This document shows, one piece after another, positions 40,411 through 48,019 of a stretch of DNA of 48,019 nt (its first letter is position 1; each line of letters begins with the position of its first letter). The DNA lies in NCBI GenBank assembly GCA_903951185.1, contig CAJBBC010000116.1, positions 1-48,019 of the forward strand, in the 5' to 3' direction. The stretch comes from an uncultured Actinomycetes bacterium. GTDB lineage: Bacteria; Actinomycetota; Actinomycetes; S36-B12; UBA5976. The notes under the pieces were generated by a model. The model was not told the origin of the DNA. It made no database searches and saw only the letters and a program-made list of their open reading frames with translations. The position numbers and the translations under genes are program-made.

Positions 40411-40559
40411 CCAGCCAGCCTATTTCACGATAACCAACTAGTTAAATTACTGATTTCAACCCAAAATTACGGTTAGTACACCGCCAATGCGCGATTTAAT
40501 TCTTTCTAAATTAGAATTAGTACAGACATTCCCAGTATTTTGAACTAAAGGAACCTTTA

Positions 40560-42746
40560 ATGGCTCAGCACGGCCGACGAAAAGAAAAACAAAAATCAGC
40601 CCGTAAACCTATTTGGCTAGCAATATTCTTCATTGTTGCTTGGCTCGGAATCGGCGGCACCACCGGACCGTTATTCGGAAAATTATCAAGTGTTCAGCAA
40701 AATGACAGTTCTGGCTTCTTGCCAAGTTCAGCTGAGTCAACTAAAGCTGGCGAGTTGGCTACTAAATTCGTTGACCAAGATACCTCCGTACTACCTGCGC
40801 TTATTGTTTTCACCGGTGATGTAAATGAATCAACACTTGGGGCACTTAACGCATTTGCGCAAAATCTAGGTAATGTACCGGTGCCGGAAAGCGATGGTAA
40901 AACACTTAAGGATTTCATCGCCCAAGGTTCGCAAATATTCCCAATTCCATCTCAAGATGGTAAAGCCGCAATCATGTCTGTGCCGTTAGATGATTCAGTG
41001 CTAGCTTCGCCGCTTGCAAATAATGAACCAGCACTTCCGGTTATTGTCGAAGTTTTGCGAGCTCAAGCTGAAGCTGTCGGTGGATTTGAAACACATGTCA
41101 CCGGTATCGGCGGAATCTTGGCTGACTTATTCGACAGTTTTGGCACGATTGACACTTCGTTACTTGGTACCACACTCATTGTGGTGGCAATTATTTTGAT
41201 ATTTGTTTATCGCTCACCATTCCTATGGTTCATTCCACTACTTTGTTCCGTATGGGCCTTAGCTGTTGGCGGTGGCGTGGTCTACTTACTTGCCAAGAAC
41301 GACATCATCAAACTTGATGGACAGTCACAAGGTATTTTGTCAGTTTTGGTAATTGGTGCTGCTACTGACTACGCACTTCTATTAATCGCTCGATACCGAG
41401 AAGAATTACACCATTACGACAGTCGCTTCACAGCAATGCGGGTTGCGCTTAAGGGTGTATTCGAACCAATTCTTGCTTCTGGTCTAACTGTTATTGCCGG
41501 TTTACTAGTGCTATCCCTTTCAGACTTAGCTCAAGTGCGTGGTTTAGGTCCAGTTTCCGCAATTGGTATTTTAGCTGCGCAACTTGTGATGCTTACTTTG
41601 TTACCAGCAATTTTAGTTTTAGTAGGTCGCTGGATATTCTGGCCACGTATTCCACGTCATGACGATGTTGATGAAAAACTAACTGGCGTTTGGAATAAAG
41701 TTGCAAACACAGTTGGTAAGAATCCTCGTCGAACTTGGATTACCACTTCGGCGATGTTACTAGCAGCCTTAGCGTTTGCTACCCAGCTAAATACAAATGG
41801 CCTTTCCCAAACTGATGCTTTCACTGGTAATCCAGACTCAGTTGTTGGCTTAGAGAAACTGGCTGAACATTTCCCAGCTGGTCAAGGTGACCCAACAGTA
41901 ATCGTTGCACCGAAAGATGATCTAGGTATGTTAACCACTGCACTTTCTGGTGCACCTGGCGTATCTTCGGTAACACCGACTTTGACTGGGATGGCAATTC
42001 CCGGAATGCCTACTCCAGAAATTAAATATGTAGATGGTTTAGTTCGCCTGGAAGTTACGTTAGATAAGCAAGCTGATTCAGTGGAAGCTCAGGATTACAT
42101 CCCAGGGATCCGTGAAGTGGCTCACGAAGTTAGTCCAACTTCATTAGTTGGTGGTTCAACTGCAGTTAGTTATGACTTACAACAAGCTAATAAGCGTGAT
42201 CGAAACTTAATCATTCCAGTGGCATTGTTAGTTATCGGAATTATTCTGGCGTTACTGCTACGTAGTTTGTTAGCTCCAATACTTTTGATGGCAACTACTG
42301 TGCTGTCGTTTGGTGCCACTTTAGGTATCTGCCATTTAGTCTTCACGCACGTATTTGATTTCAAAGGTACTGACGGATCTTTTCCACTCTTTGCTTTCGT
42401 ATTCTTAGTGGCGCTTGGTATTGATTACAACATCTTCTTGATGACCCGTATTCGAGAAGAGGCAATCAAACTTGGTACCCGACCTGGAATTCTAAAGGGT
42501 GTGACTGTCACTGGTGGCGTAATTACATCAGCAGGTGTAGTACTAGCCGCGACTTTCGCAGTGCTGGGCACTTTGCCATTGGTATTCCTAGTTGAACTAG
42601 GTTTCGCTGTTGCGTTTGGTGTACTTCTTGACACCATCATCGTGCGAAGTCTTCTAGTTCCAGCTTTGTCTTATGACATTGGTGCCAAAATTTGGTGGCC
42701 AAGTAAATTAGGCAAAACTGAAGAGCCACTAGTTCTGGCAAAGTAG
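40560..42746 (+). CDS. MMPL-family (RND superfamily) transporter
   Basis: 728 aa with two 6-TM bundles. GAATDYALLLIARYREE and GIDYNIFLMTRIREE are MMPL signatures. Confidence 0.9.
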   Translation: MAQHGRRKEKQKSARKPIWLAIFFIVAWLGIGGTTGPLFGKLSSVQQNDSSGFLPSSAESTKAGELATKFVDQDTSVLPALIVFTGDVNESTLGALNAFAQNLGNVPVPESDGKTLKDFIAQGSQIFPIPSQDGKAAIMSVPLDDSVLASPLANNEPALPVIVEVLRAQAEAVGGFETHVTGIGGILADLFDSFGTIDTSLLGTTLIVVAIILIFVYRSPFLWFIPLLCSVWALAVGGGVVYLLAKNDIIKLDGQSQGILSVLVIGAATDYALLLIARYREELHHYDSRFTAMRVALKGVFEPILASGLTVIAGLLVLSLSDLAQVRGLGPVSAIGILAAQLVMLTLLPAILVLVGRWIFWPRIPRHDDVDEKLTGVWNKVANTVGKNPRRTWITTSAMLLAALAFATQLNTNGLSQTDAFTGNPDSVVGLEKLAEHFPAGQGDPTVIVAPKDDLGMLTTALSGAPGVSSVTPTLTGMAIPGMPTPEIKYVDGLVRLEVTLDKQADSVEAQDYIPGIREVAHEVSPTSLVGGSTAVSYDLQQANKRDRNLIIPVALLVIGIILALLLRSLLAPILLMATTVLSFGATLGICHLVFTHVFDFKGTDGSFPLFAFVFLVALGIDYNIFLMTRIREEAIKLGTRPGILKGVTVTGGVITSAGVVLAATFAVLGTLPLVFLVELGFAVAFGVLLDTIIVRSLLVPALSYDIGAKIWWPSKLGKTEEPLVLAK

Positions 42747-42782
42747 CTTGTAGCAAAGAAGTTTGAACCGAGTCCAATCCAG

Positions 42783-43505
42783 ATGGTAAAAAAATATATC
42801 GTTGGCTCCAGCGGTGGGTTTAATCAAACCGATCGTTGGGGTGTGGTTACCCCGGGTGGAATTTTCAAGAGGGCACTTGAATTAACCGGGAAAACTAGGC
42901 CTCGGGTTTTATTTGTACTTACTGCCAGCGGTGACGATAAAAGCTACTTAGCCACAAGTTACCAAGCTGTTTCACAATTAGCAGTTGATGTTGAACACTT
43001 AGCTTTATTTACGCAACCTAATGTGCCAGTAGATGAAGCTTTTGGACGGGCTGACTTAGTTTGGGTTGGCGGCGGCTCAGTTGCGAACTTATTAGCTCTC
43101 TGGCGATTGCACGGTGTTGATACTGCCGCTCGCGATGCTTGGGAACGTGGTGTGGTTTTGGGTGGTGTAAGTGCTGGCTCACTTTGCTGGCATGTTGGCG
43201 GCCCAACAGATTCGTTTGGACCAAAATTAGAAACTATTACAAATGGTCTAGCTTTATTACCCTGGGGTAACGGCGTACATTACGATTCTGAAGCGCAGCG
43301 CAGGCCATTACTAAATTCACTAGTTGCGAATGAAACTTTGCCGCTGTCTTATGCAACAGATGACCATGCCGGGATAGTTTACGCCGGGATCGATCCAGTT
43401 GAAGTTGTAATTGATTCACCAGAATTAGCTGCGCGCGCTTATCGTGTGGAAAAGCTAAACGGTGAAGTTTCTGAAACAACTTTGCAACCAGGCTTAATTA
43501 GCTAA
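42783..43505 (+). CDS. peptidase S51 (peptidase E/cyanophycinase-like) family protein
   Basis: The nucleophile block is VLGGVSAGSLCW, preceded by VWVGGGSVANLL. Confidence 0.75.
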   Translation: MVKKYIVGSSGGFNQTDRWGVVTPGGIFKRALELTGKTRPRVLFVLTASGDDKSYLATSYQAVSQLAVDVEHLALFTQPNVPVDEAFGRADLVWVGGGSVANLLALWRLHGVDTAARDAWERGVVLGGVSAGSLCWHVGGPTDSFGPKLETITNGLALLPWGNGVHYDSEAQRRPLLNSLVANETLPLSYATDDHAGIVYAGIDPVEVVIDSPELAARAYRVEKLNGEVSETTLQPGLIS

Positions 43506-43540
43506 CGTAAATATTTAGTTTTATTGACTATCGCTAGTTT

Positions 43541-44812
43541 TTAAATACTGTCAGCGATAGCTGCCTCAGCAGCGAGCCGGCCACTTTCAAATGCGCCATT
43601 GATTGACGAAACATTTCGGTAGTCACCAGCTAAATAAATGCCATCACCTAGTCGCGCCGGTTGAGTTATCTGATGTGGTGGCAACATTGCCGGCAGTGCA
43701 TCTGGAACAGGATAAGTTGCAACATGCTGCCAAGTTGTAGTCGAAGTTTTATACAGCGAAGATAAGTGACTTCGAATTGCCGATTCAGATTGCGTTGAGT
43801 CGTGTACTCCAAGTGCAGAGCTTGAAACTAAAACTCGATCGTTACTGGCGTAACTTGGCGCTGCATTTGAGATTGCCACGGTATTTACTACTGGTTTAGT
43901 TGGGTCCGCTGTGCCATTACTAAATCTTTTGCCATCGACAACTAATGTGCCAAGGCCTTCAGTTAGCTCACTCGGAGCGCAATCAGCAATGTGATACCAA
44001 GTGGTGACTGAATGACTAGCGGGAGTACTGAGACTTGGGAGCAAGCTTGCCGCACTTCTGGCGTTAGCCGCCAAAATAATCGCTCGACAATTAATCATGC
44101 CAGCATTTGTTTGCACTTGACCTGGCTTAATCGCAGTCACAGTGGTATTTAAATTAATGGCTCCCGATGGAAGTTGAGCGGCAAGTTGTTTAGGAATTTC
44201 CTGCATGCCATTAGCGGGCACACCTGGTTTACCTTGAACAAAATTCTTTAAAACCACATCAAAGAATCGTTTAGATGTGACTAAATCATCTTCCAAAAAA
44301 ACACCAGCCAAGAATGGACGAAGTAATTGGTCGGTTAACTCTTTGCCAAATTTACGACGCAAGAATTGATCAGTTCGTTGATCAAAACTAGAAAAATTTT
44401 GTTTTCCAAATGCATTTTGTAAAGCGTATTTAACAAATTTCAATTTGGAATTTATTGAACCAACCGGAGCTAAAAGTGAATCTACAGCCCAGGCTGGTTC
44501 TGCTCTTGGATCAGCTAATTTATAGTGCCGCCCATCAATTGAGACTATTAAGCCAGCAGTTAGCGACTGAAGGTTTAATGCCTTCATGTCTAGAATTCTT
44601 GCGCCTTCTTGATATGCGGGGTTATAAAGCTGAAAACCTCGATCTAAAATTAATCCGTCAACATAATCAGTGCGCACTCGACCGCCAATTTGATCATTAG
44701 CTTCGAGTACGCAAACACTTTGGCCAGAAATTGCAATGCGTCTGGCTGCTGACAATCCAGCTAAACCCGCGCCGATAACAACGACATCAGTCTTTGTTGG
44801 CAGATTACTCAT
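43541..44812 (-). CDS. FAD-dependent amine-oxidase/desaturase-family oxidoreductase
   Basis: The N-terminal dinucleotide motif is VVVIGAGLAGLSAARR, with GGRVRT and a C-terminal GIYLAGDY block. Confidence 0.8.
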   Translation of the reverse strand: MSNLPTKTDVVVIGAGLAGLSAARRIAISGQSVCVLEANDQIGGRVRTDYVDGLILDRGFQLYNPAYQEGARILDMKALNLQSLTAGLIVSIDGRHYKLADPRAEPAWAVDSLLAPVGSINSKLKFVKYALQNAFGKQNFSSFDQRTDQFLRRKFGKELTDQLLRPFLAGVFLEDDLVTSKRFFDVVLKNFVQGKPGVPANGMQEIPKQLAAQLPSGAINLNTTVTAIKPGQVQTNAGMINCRAIILAANARSAASLLPSLSTPASHSVTTWYHIADCAPSELTEGLGTLVVDGKRFSNGTADPTKPVVNTVAISNAAPSYASNDRVLVSSSALGVHDSTQSESAIRSHLSSLYKTSTTTWQHVATYPVPDALPAMLPPHQITQPARLGDGIYLAGDYRNVSSINGAFESGRLAAEAAIADSI

Positions 44813-44826
44813 ATCCCCGAGTTTCG

Positions 44827-45705
44827 TTAAAGCGTTTTAACTGCACTAACAATATCAGGATCTTTAAATTCAAACCCAGCCGACATCAGAACTTTAGGTA
44901 TTACTCGGACGCTACCTAAAACCTCTTGCGAAAATTCACCTAGAACTACCTTCAACGCGAAACTTGGCACACTAAATAAAGTTGGCCGCTTCAAAACCTT
45001 GCCCATAGCCTTCGTAACTTGCAGGTTAGTGGCTGGATTTGGGGCAGTTAAATTAACTGGTCCAGAAATCTCAGGGTGACTAATCAAAAAATCAATTGCA
45101 GCAATCTGGTCGCGAAGCGAAATAAAGGACCAGTACTGCTTGCCATTACCAAGTTTTCCGCCAAAACCTAATTTAAATATCGGTAGTATTTTTTGCCAAG
45201 CGCCGCCATGAGCAGCCACCACCAAACCAGTTCGTATTTTTACTACGCGCACTCCAGCTAGCTGCGCAGCTGCAGTTGCAGCTTCCCATTGTTTAACAAC
45301 ATCGGCCAAGAAGCCAGTGCCATTTGGCGAAGATTCATCCACTGCATGATCTGCGGTATCGCCGTAGTAGCCAATTGCACTTGAGTTAATAAAAACTTTT
45401 GGTTTAATTTGCGCGGCAGCAATCGCCATTGTGGTTGTCGACCAAACGCGTGAATCTAGAATTTCCTTTTTATATTTTGCGGTCCAGCGACGGTCACCAA
45501 CACCAGCCCCAGCTAAATTAATAAAAACTTCAACGCCGTTTAGTGAAAAGAGGTCGATGTCACCATTCGCAGGATCCCAAGTAACTTCTGAACTGGATTT
45601 ACTTGGTCGTCGGACAAGTCGTAACACTTCATGGCCTTGGCTGCGAAGGTGGTCAACTAAAGCCGAGCCAATTAGTCCTGAAGATCCAGCTATTGCAATA
45701 CGCAT
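44827..45705 (-). CDS. TIGR01777-family epimerase-like protein (SDR39U1, with DUF1731 tail)
   Basis: The N-terminus is IAIAGSSGLIGSAL. At 292 aa it is syntenic with the gene next to E2 in mycobacteria. Confidence 0.85.
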   Translation of the reverse strand: MRIAIAGSSGLIGSALVDHLRSQGHEVLRLVRRPSKSSSEVTWDPANGDIDLFSLNGVEVFINLAGAGVGDRRWTAKYKKEILDSRVWSTTTMAIAAAQIKPKVFINSSAIGYYGDTADHAVDESSPNGTGFLADVVKQWEAATAAAQLAGVRVVKIRTGLVVAAHGGAWQKILPIFKLGFGGKLGNGKQYWSFISLRDQIAAIDFLISHPEISGPVNLTAPNPATNLQVTKAMGKVLKRPTLFSVPSFALKVVLGEFSQEVLGSVRVIPKVLMSAGFEFKDPDIVSAVKTL

Positions 45706-45747
45706 ACTTATAGTGTGCAGGATTGCGCGAATAAATGCGACTTAGTT

Positions 45748-47496
45748 TTAAAGTCCTAGATCCGCTTCAAATGCGCCTTCTTCAAGGCGGGCTTTGATCG
45801 TACTTAAGAATCGAGCAGCATCAGCGCCGTCAACTAAGCGGTGATCATAAGTTAAAGCTAGATAAACCATTTGCCGAACAGCGATTACGTCAGCGCCACT
45901 TGAATCGGCGACAACTACAGGTCGCTTTACCACTGCGCCGGTACCTAAAATCGCAACTTGTGGCTGATTAATGATAGGTGTATCAAAAAGTGCACCTCGG
46001 CTACCAGTGTTAGTAATAGTAAATGTGCCACCACTTAATTCGTCTGGCGATAATTTATTAATTCTGGTGCGTTCTGCTAACTCACTTATTTTGCGAGCTA
46101 AACCAGCGATATTTAGATCGCCAGCGTCACGGACTACTGGAACAAGTAGACCTCGCTCAGTATCAACCGCAATACCTAGATGTTCGGCTTCAAAATAAGT
46201 GACAGTTCCTTCAACTTGGTTAATTGAAGCATTAACTGTTGGGTACTGCTTCAATGCTTCGCAAGCGGCTTTGGCAAAGAACGGTAGGAAGGTTAGTTTT
46301 ACCCCTTCACGTTGTTCGAATGCAGCTTTGGACTTATTTCGAAGGGCAGCGATGCGCGTAACATCAACTTCAACAACTGAGGTCAGTTGAGCTGAAACTT
46401 GCAATGATTCGACCATTCGCTCAGCAATGACAGTGCGAAGTCGAGTCATCTTTTCGGTTTTGCCACGAAGTTCGGCAGCTTTAGCACTAACTCCAACTGC
46501 AGCAGGTGCAGTATGAGGCTTACTTTCCACTGGTCGCTCAGCAGGAATATTTACTGGAGCATTTGACGGAGTAGTTGCACTTACATCTTCTTTTCGAATG
46601 CGCCCGCCAACTCCAGTGCCAACAACTTTGGTTAAGTCCACACCTAGTTGTGCCGCTAATTTGCGCACTAGCGGTGTTGTGTAAGTCTGCGAGTTATCAA
46701 TTGTTGATTGCGTAACTGGTGATTGCGTAACTGGCGCAGCTGCTTGTACTGGCGCCGCGCTTTGTGTACTTGGTGCACTTGGCGTACGTGGTGCACTTTG
46801 TGCTGGGACTAATGTGGCTGGCGCAACTGGCGCCGGAGCAACTGGAGCTGCTGGGGCACTTGCACTACTGCTAATTAACCCTAATTGCCCACCAACTAAG
46901 GCCACTCCATCTTCTGGCACGGTGATCTCAAGTAGCACACCAGCAACTGGGGACGGAATTTCAGTATCAACTTTGTCAGTAGAAACTTCAAGGATCGCTT
47001 CATCGGCCGCAACTGAATCACCAACAGCTTTAAGCCAACGTGTCACAGTTCCTTCGGTAACACTTTCGCCAAGTGCCGGAAGTAATACCGGAATACTCGC
47101 ACCGTTACTAGCTGGTGTTGGATTTGCCGCAGCTACTGGCACAGCAACAGGTTCTGGAACAGCAACAGGTTCAGGAGCCGATACTGGTTCCGGCACAACA
47201 ACAGGTGCAGCAACCACAGGCGCTGGAGTAGGTGTTGCGGTCGGCGAACTTGCAGATGCACTTTCTGCAATAACACCTAAGGCACCGCCGACAAGAACAA
47301 CTGCGTCTTCGCCAGCAATAATTTCAGTTAATACACCGCTTACTGGAGCAGGTATTTCAGTATCAACTTTGTCGGTAGATACTTCAAGTAATGGCTCATC
47401 GGCAGTAACAGTGTCACCGACATTCTTTAGCCAACGCGTTACTGTGCCTTCAGTAACGCTTTCACCAAGTTGGGGCATCGAAACAGTTGTGCTCAC
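45748..47496 (-). CDS. sucB: dihydrolipoyllysine-residue succinyl/acyltransferase E2 with two lipoyl domains
   Basis: GTG start with an AAGGAG SD. There are two [12 protein letters not shown] lipoyl-Lys motifs, Pro/Ala linkers, a PSBD ([15 protein letters not shown]) and the catalytic DHRLVDG. Confidence 0.95.
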   Translation of the reverse strand: MSTTVSMPQLGESVTEGTVTRWLKNVGDTVTADEPLLEVSTDKVDTEIPAPVSGVLTEIIAGEDAVVLVGGALGVIAESASASSPTATPTPAPVVAAPVVVPEPVSAPEPVAVPEPVAVPVAAANPTPASNGASIPVLLPALGESVTEGTVTRWLKAVGDSVAADEAILEVSTDKVDTEIPSPVAGVLLEITVPEDGVALVGGQLGLISSSASAPAAPVAPAPVAPATLVPAQSAPRTPSAPSTQSAAPVQAAAPVTQSPVTQSTIDNSQTYTTPLVRKLAAQLGVDLTKVVGTGVGGRIRKEDVSATTPSNAPVNIPAERPVESKPHTAPAAVGVSAKAAELRGKTEKMTRLRTVIAERMVESLQVSAQLTSVVEVDVTRIAALRNKSKAAFEQREGVKLTFLPFFAKAACEALKQYPTVNASINQVEGTVTYFEAEHLGIAVDTERGLLVPVVRDAGDLNIAGLARKISELAERTRINKLSPDELSGGTFTITNTGSRGALFDTPIINQPQVAILGTGAVVKRPVVVADSSGADVIAVRQMVYLALTYDHRLVDGADAARFLSTIKARLEEGAFEADLGL

Positions 47497-47530
47497 TGTC
47501 GGCCACTCCTTTTCTGTTTGTTCTTAAGAT

Positions 47531-48019
47531 CTATGCGTGGGCGTGAAGCGGTTTACCAGCTAAAGCTAGGAACGCCTCACCAAGTGCTTCATTTTGGGTT
47601 GGGTGCGCGTGGACTAGGGGAGCAACATCTTCTGCGGTAGCTTCCCAATTGTAAATAAGTTGAGCTTCACCAATAAGTTCACCAACACGTGAACCGATCA
47701 TATGAACACCAACTACTGGACCATCTTTTTTGCGAATTAACTTGATAAATCCGGCAGTTCCTAAAATCTGACTCTTACCGTTACCACCTAAGTTGTATTC
47801 GTAAGTATCAATGTCACCGAATTTTTCTTTAGCCTGAACTTCAGTAAACCCAATCGAAGCAATTTCAGGTTCGCTGTAAGTTACTCGAGGAATTCCAGTT
47901 TCATCGATAGTTGCTGGGTTCAATCCAGCAATTTCTTCAGCCACAAAAATACCTTGTTGGAATCCGCGATGGGCTAGTTGAAGCCCAGGAACAATGTCAC
48001 CTACGGCAAAAATGCCAGA
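47531..48019 (-). CDS. lpdA: dihydrolipoyl dehydrogenase, C-terminal part (continues beyond the right edge)
   Basis: The frame is open to the window end (SGIFAVGDIVPGLQLAHRGFQQG...). The dimerisation-domain motif HAHPTQNEALGEA is present. Confidence 0.9.
   Translation of the reverse strand, partial: SGIFAVGDIVPGLQLAHRGFQQGIFVAEEIAGLNPATIDETGIPRVTYSEPEIASIGFTEVQAKEKFGDIDTYEYNLGGNGKSQILGTAGFIKLIRKKDGPVVGVHMIGSRVGELIGEAQLIYNWEATAEDVAPLVHAHPTQNEALGEAFLALAGKPLHAHA

Noticed and set aside
40497-40519. TAATTCT-n9-AGAATTA inverted repeat upstream of the MMPL gene as a TetR operator
   Set aside because: The 7-bp AT-rich arms could arise by chance in AT-rich intergenic DNA, and no TetR gene is adjacent.
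46814-47527. 237-aa plus-strand ORF antisense to sucB
   Set aside because: It is a low-complexity Gly/Ala/Thr translation of the antisense of the Pro/Ala linkers and lipoyl domains. The sucB frame carries all conserved motifs.

Overview
This 48-kb chromosomal segment is gene-dense, with about 55 CDS. Many stop/start junctions abut or overlap. I found no rRNA, tRNA, CRISPR array, transposase or integrase. GC looks moderately low (roughly 40-47% by eye).

The gene order matches the conserved actinobacterial core block. On the minus strand it runs lpdA-sucB-(TIGR01777 epimerase)...lipB-lipA-DUF4191-RDD-glnA1. Further left lie glnE-GATase-glnA2 and nadE-panB. Mycoredoxin, polyphosphate glucokinase, an MMPL transporter and a GlnR-type box upstream of glnA1 fit the same picture. 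Together with a heliorhodopsin gene, this suggests a streamlined freshwater actinobacterium (acI/Nanopelagicales-like). That taxonomic call is inference.

Most notable observations:
1. An intact heliorhodopsin gene at 2331-3095.
2. Three ORFs that look broken in an otherwise tightly packed region. An in-frame TAA removes the conserved C-terminus of an SDR-DUF2867 gene. An in-frame TAA in methionine aminopeptidase precedes an intact coding tail that holds the last metal-ligand motif. An EamA transporter has N-terminal helices encoded without any ATG/GTG/TTG start, in frame behind the argG stop.
3. A glnA2-type GS, class-I glutamine amidotransferase and glnE operon.
4. A 117-aa Lys/Ala-rich histone-like protein built from perfect 60-bp tandem repeats, downstream of an extremely AT-rich tract.
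5. A PLP decarboxylase and ornithine-cyclodeaminase-like operon whose Shine-Dalgarno is partly buried in a perfect 11-bp inverted repeat.

I see no recognisable defence system or mobile element. All functional calls rest on motif recognition by eye, not on database searches.
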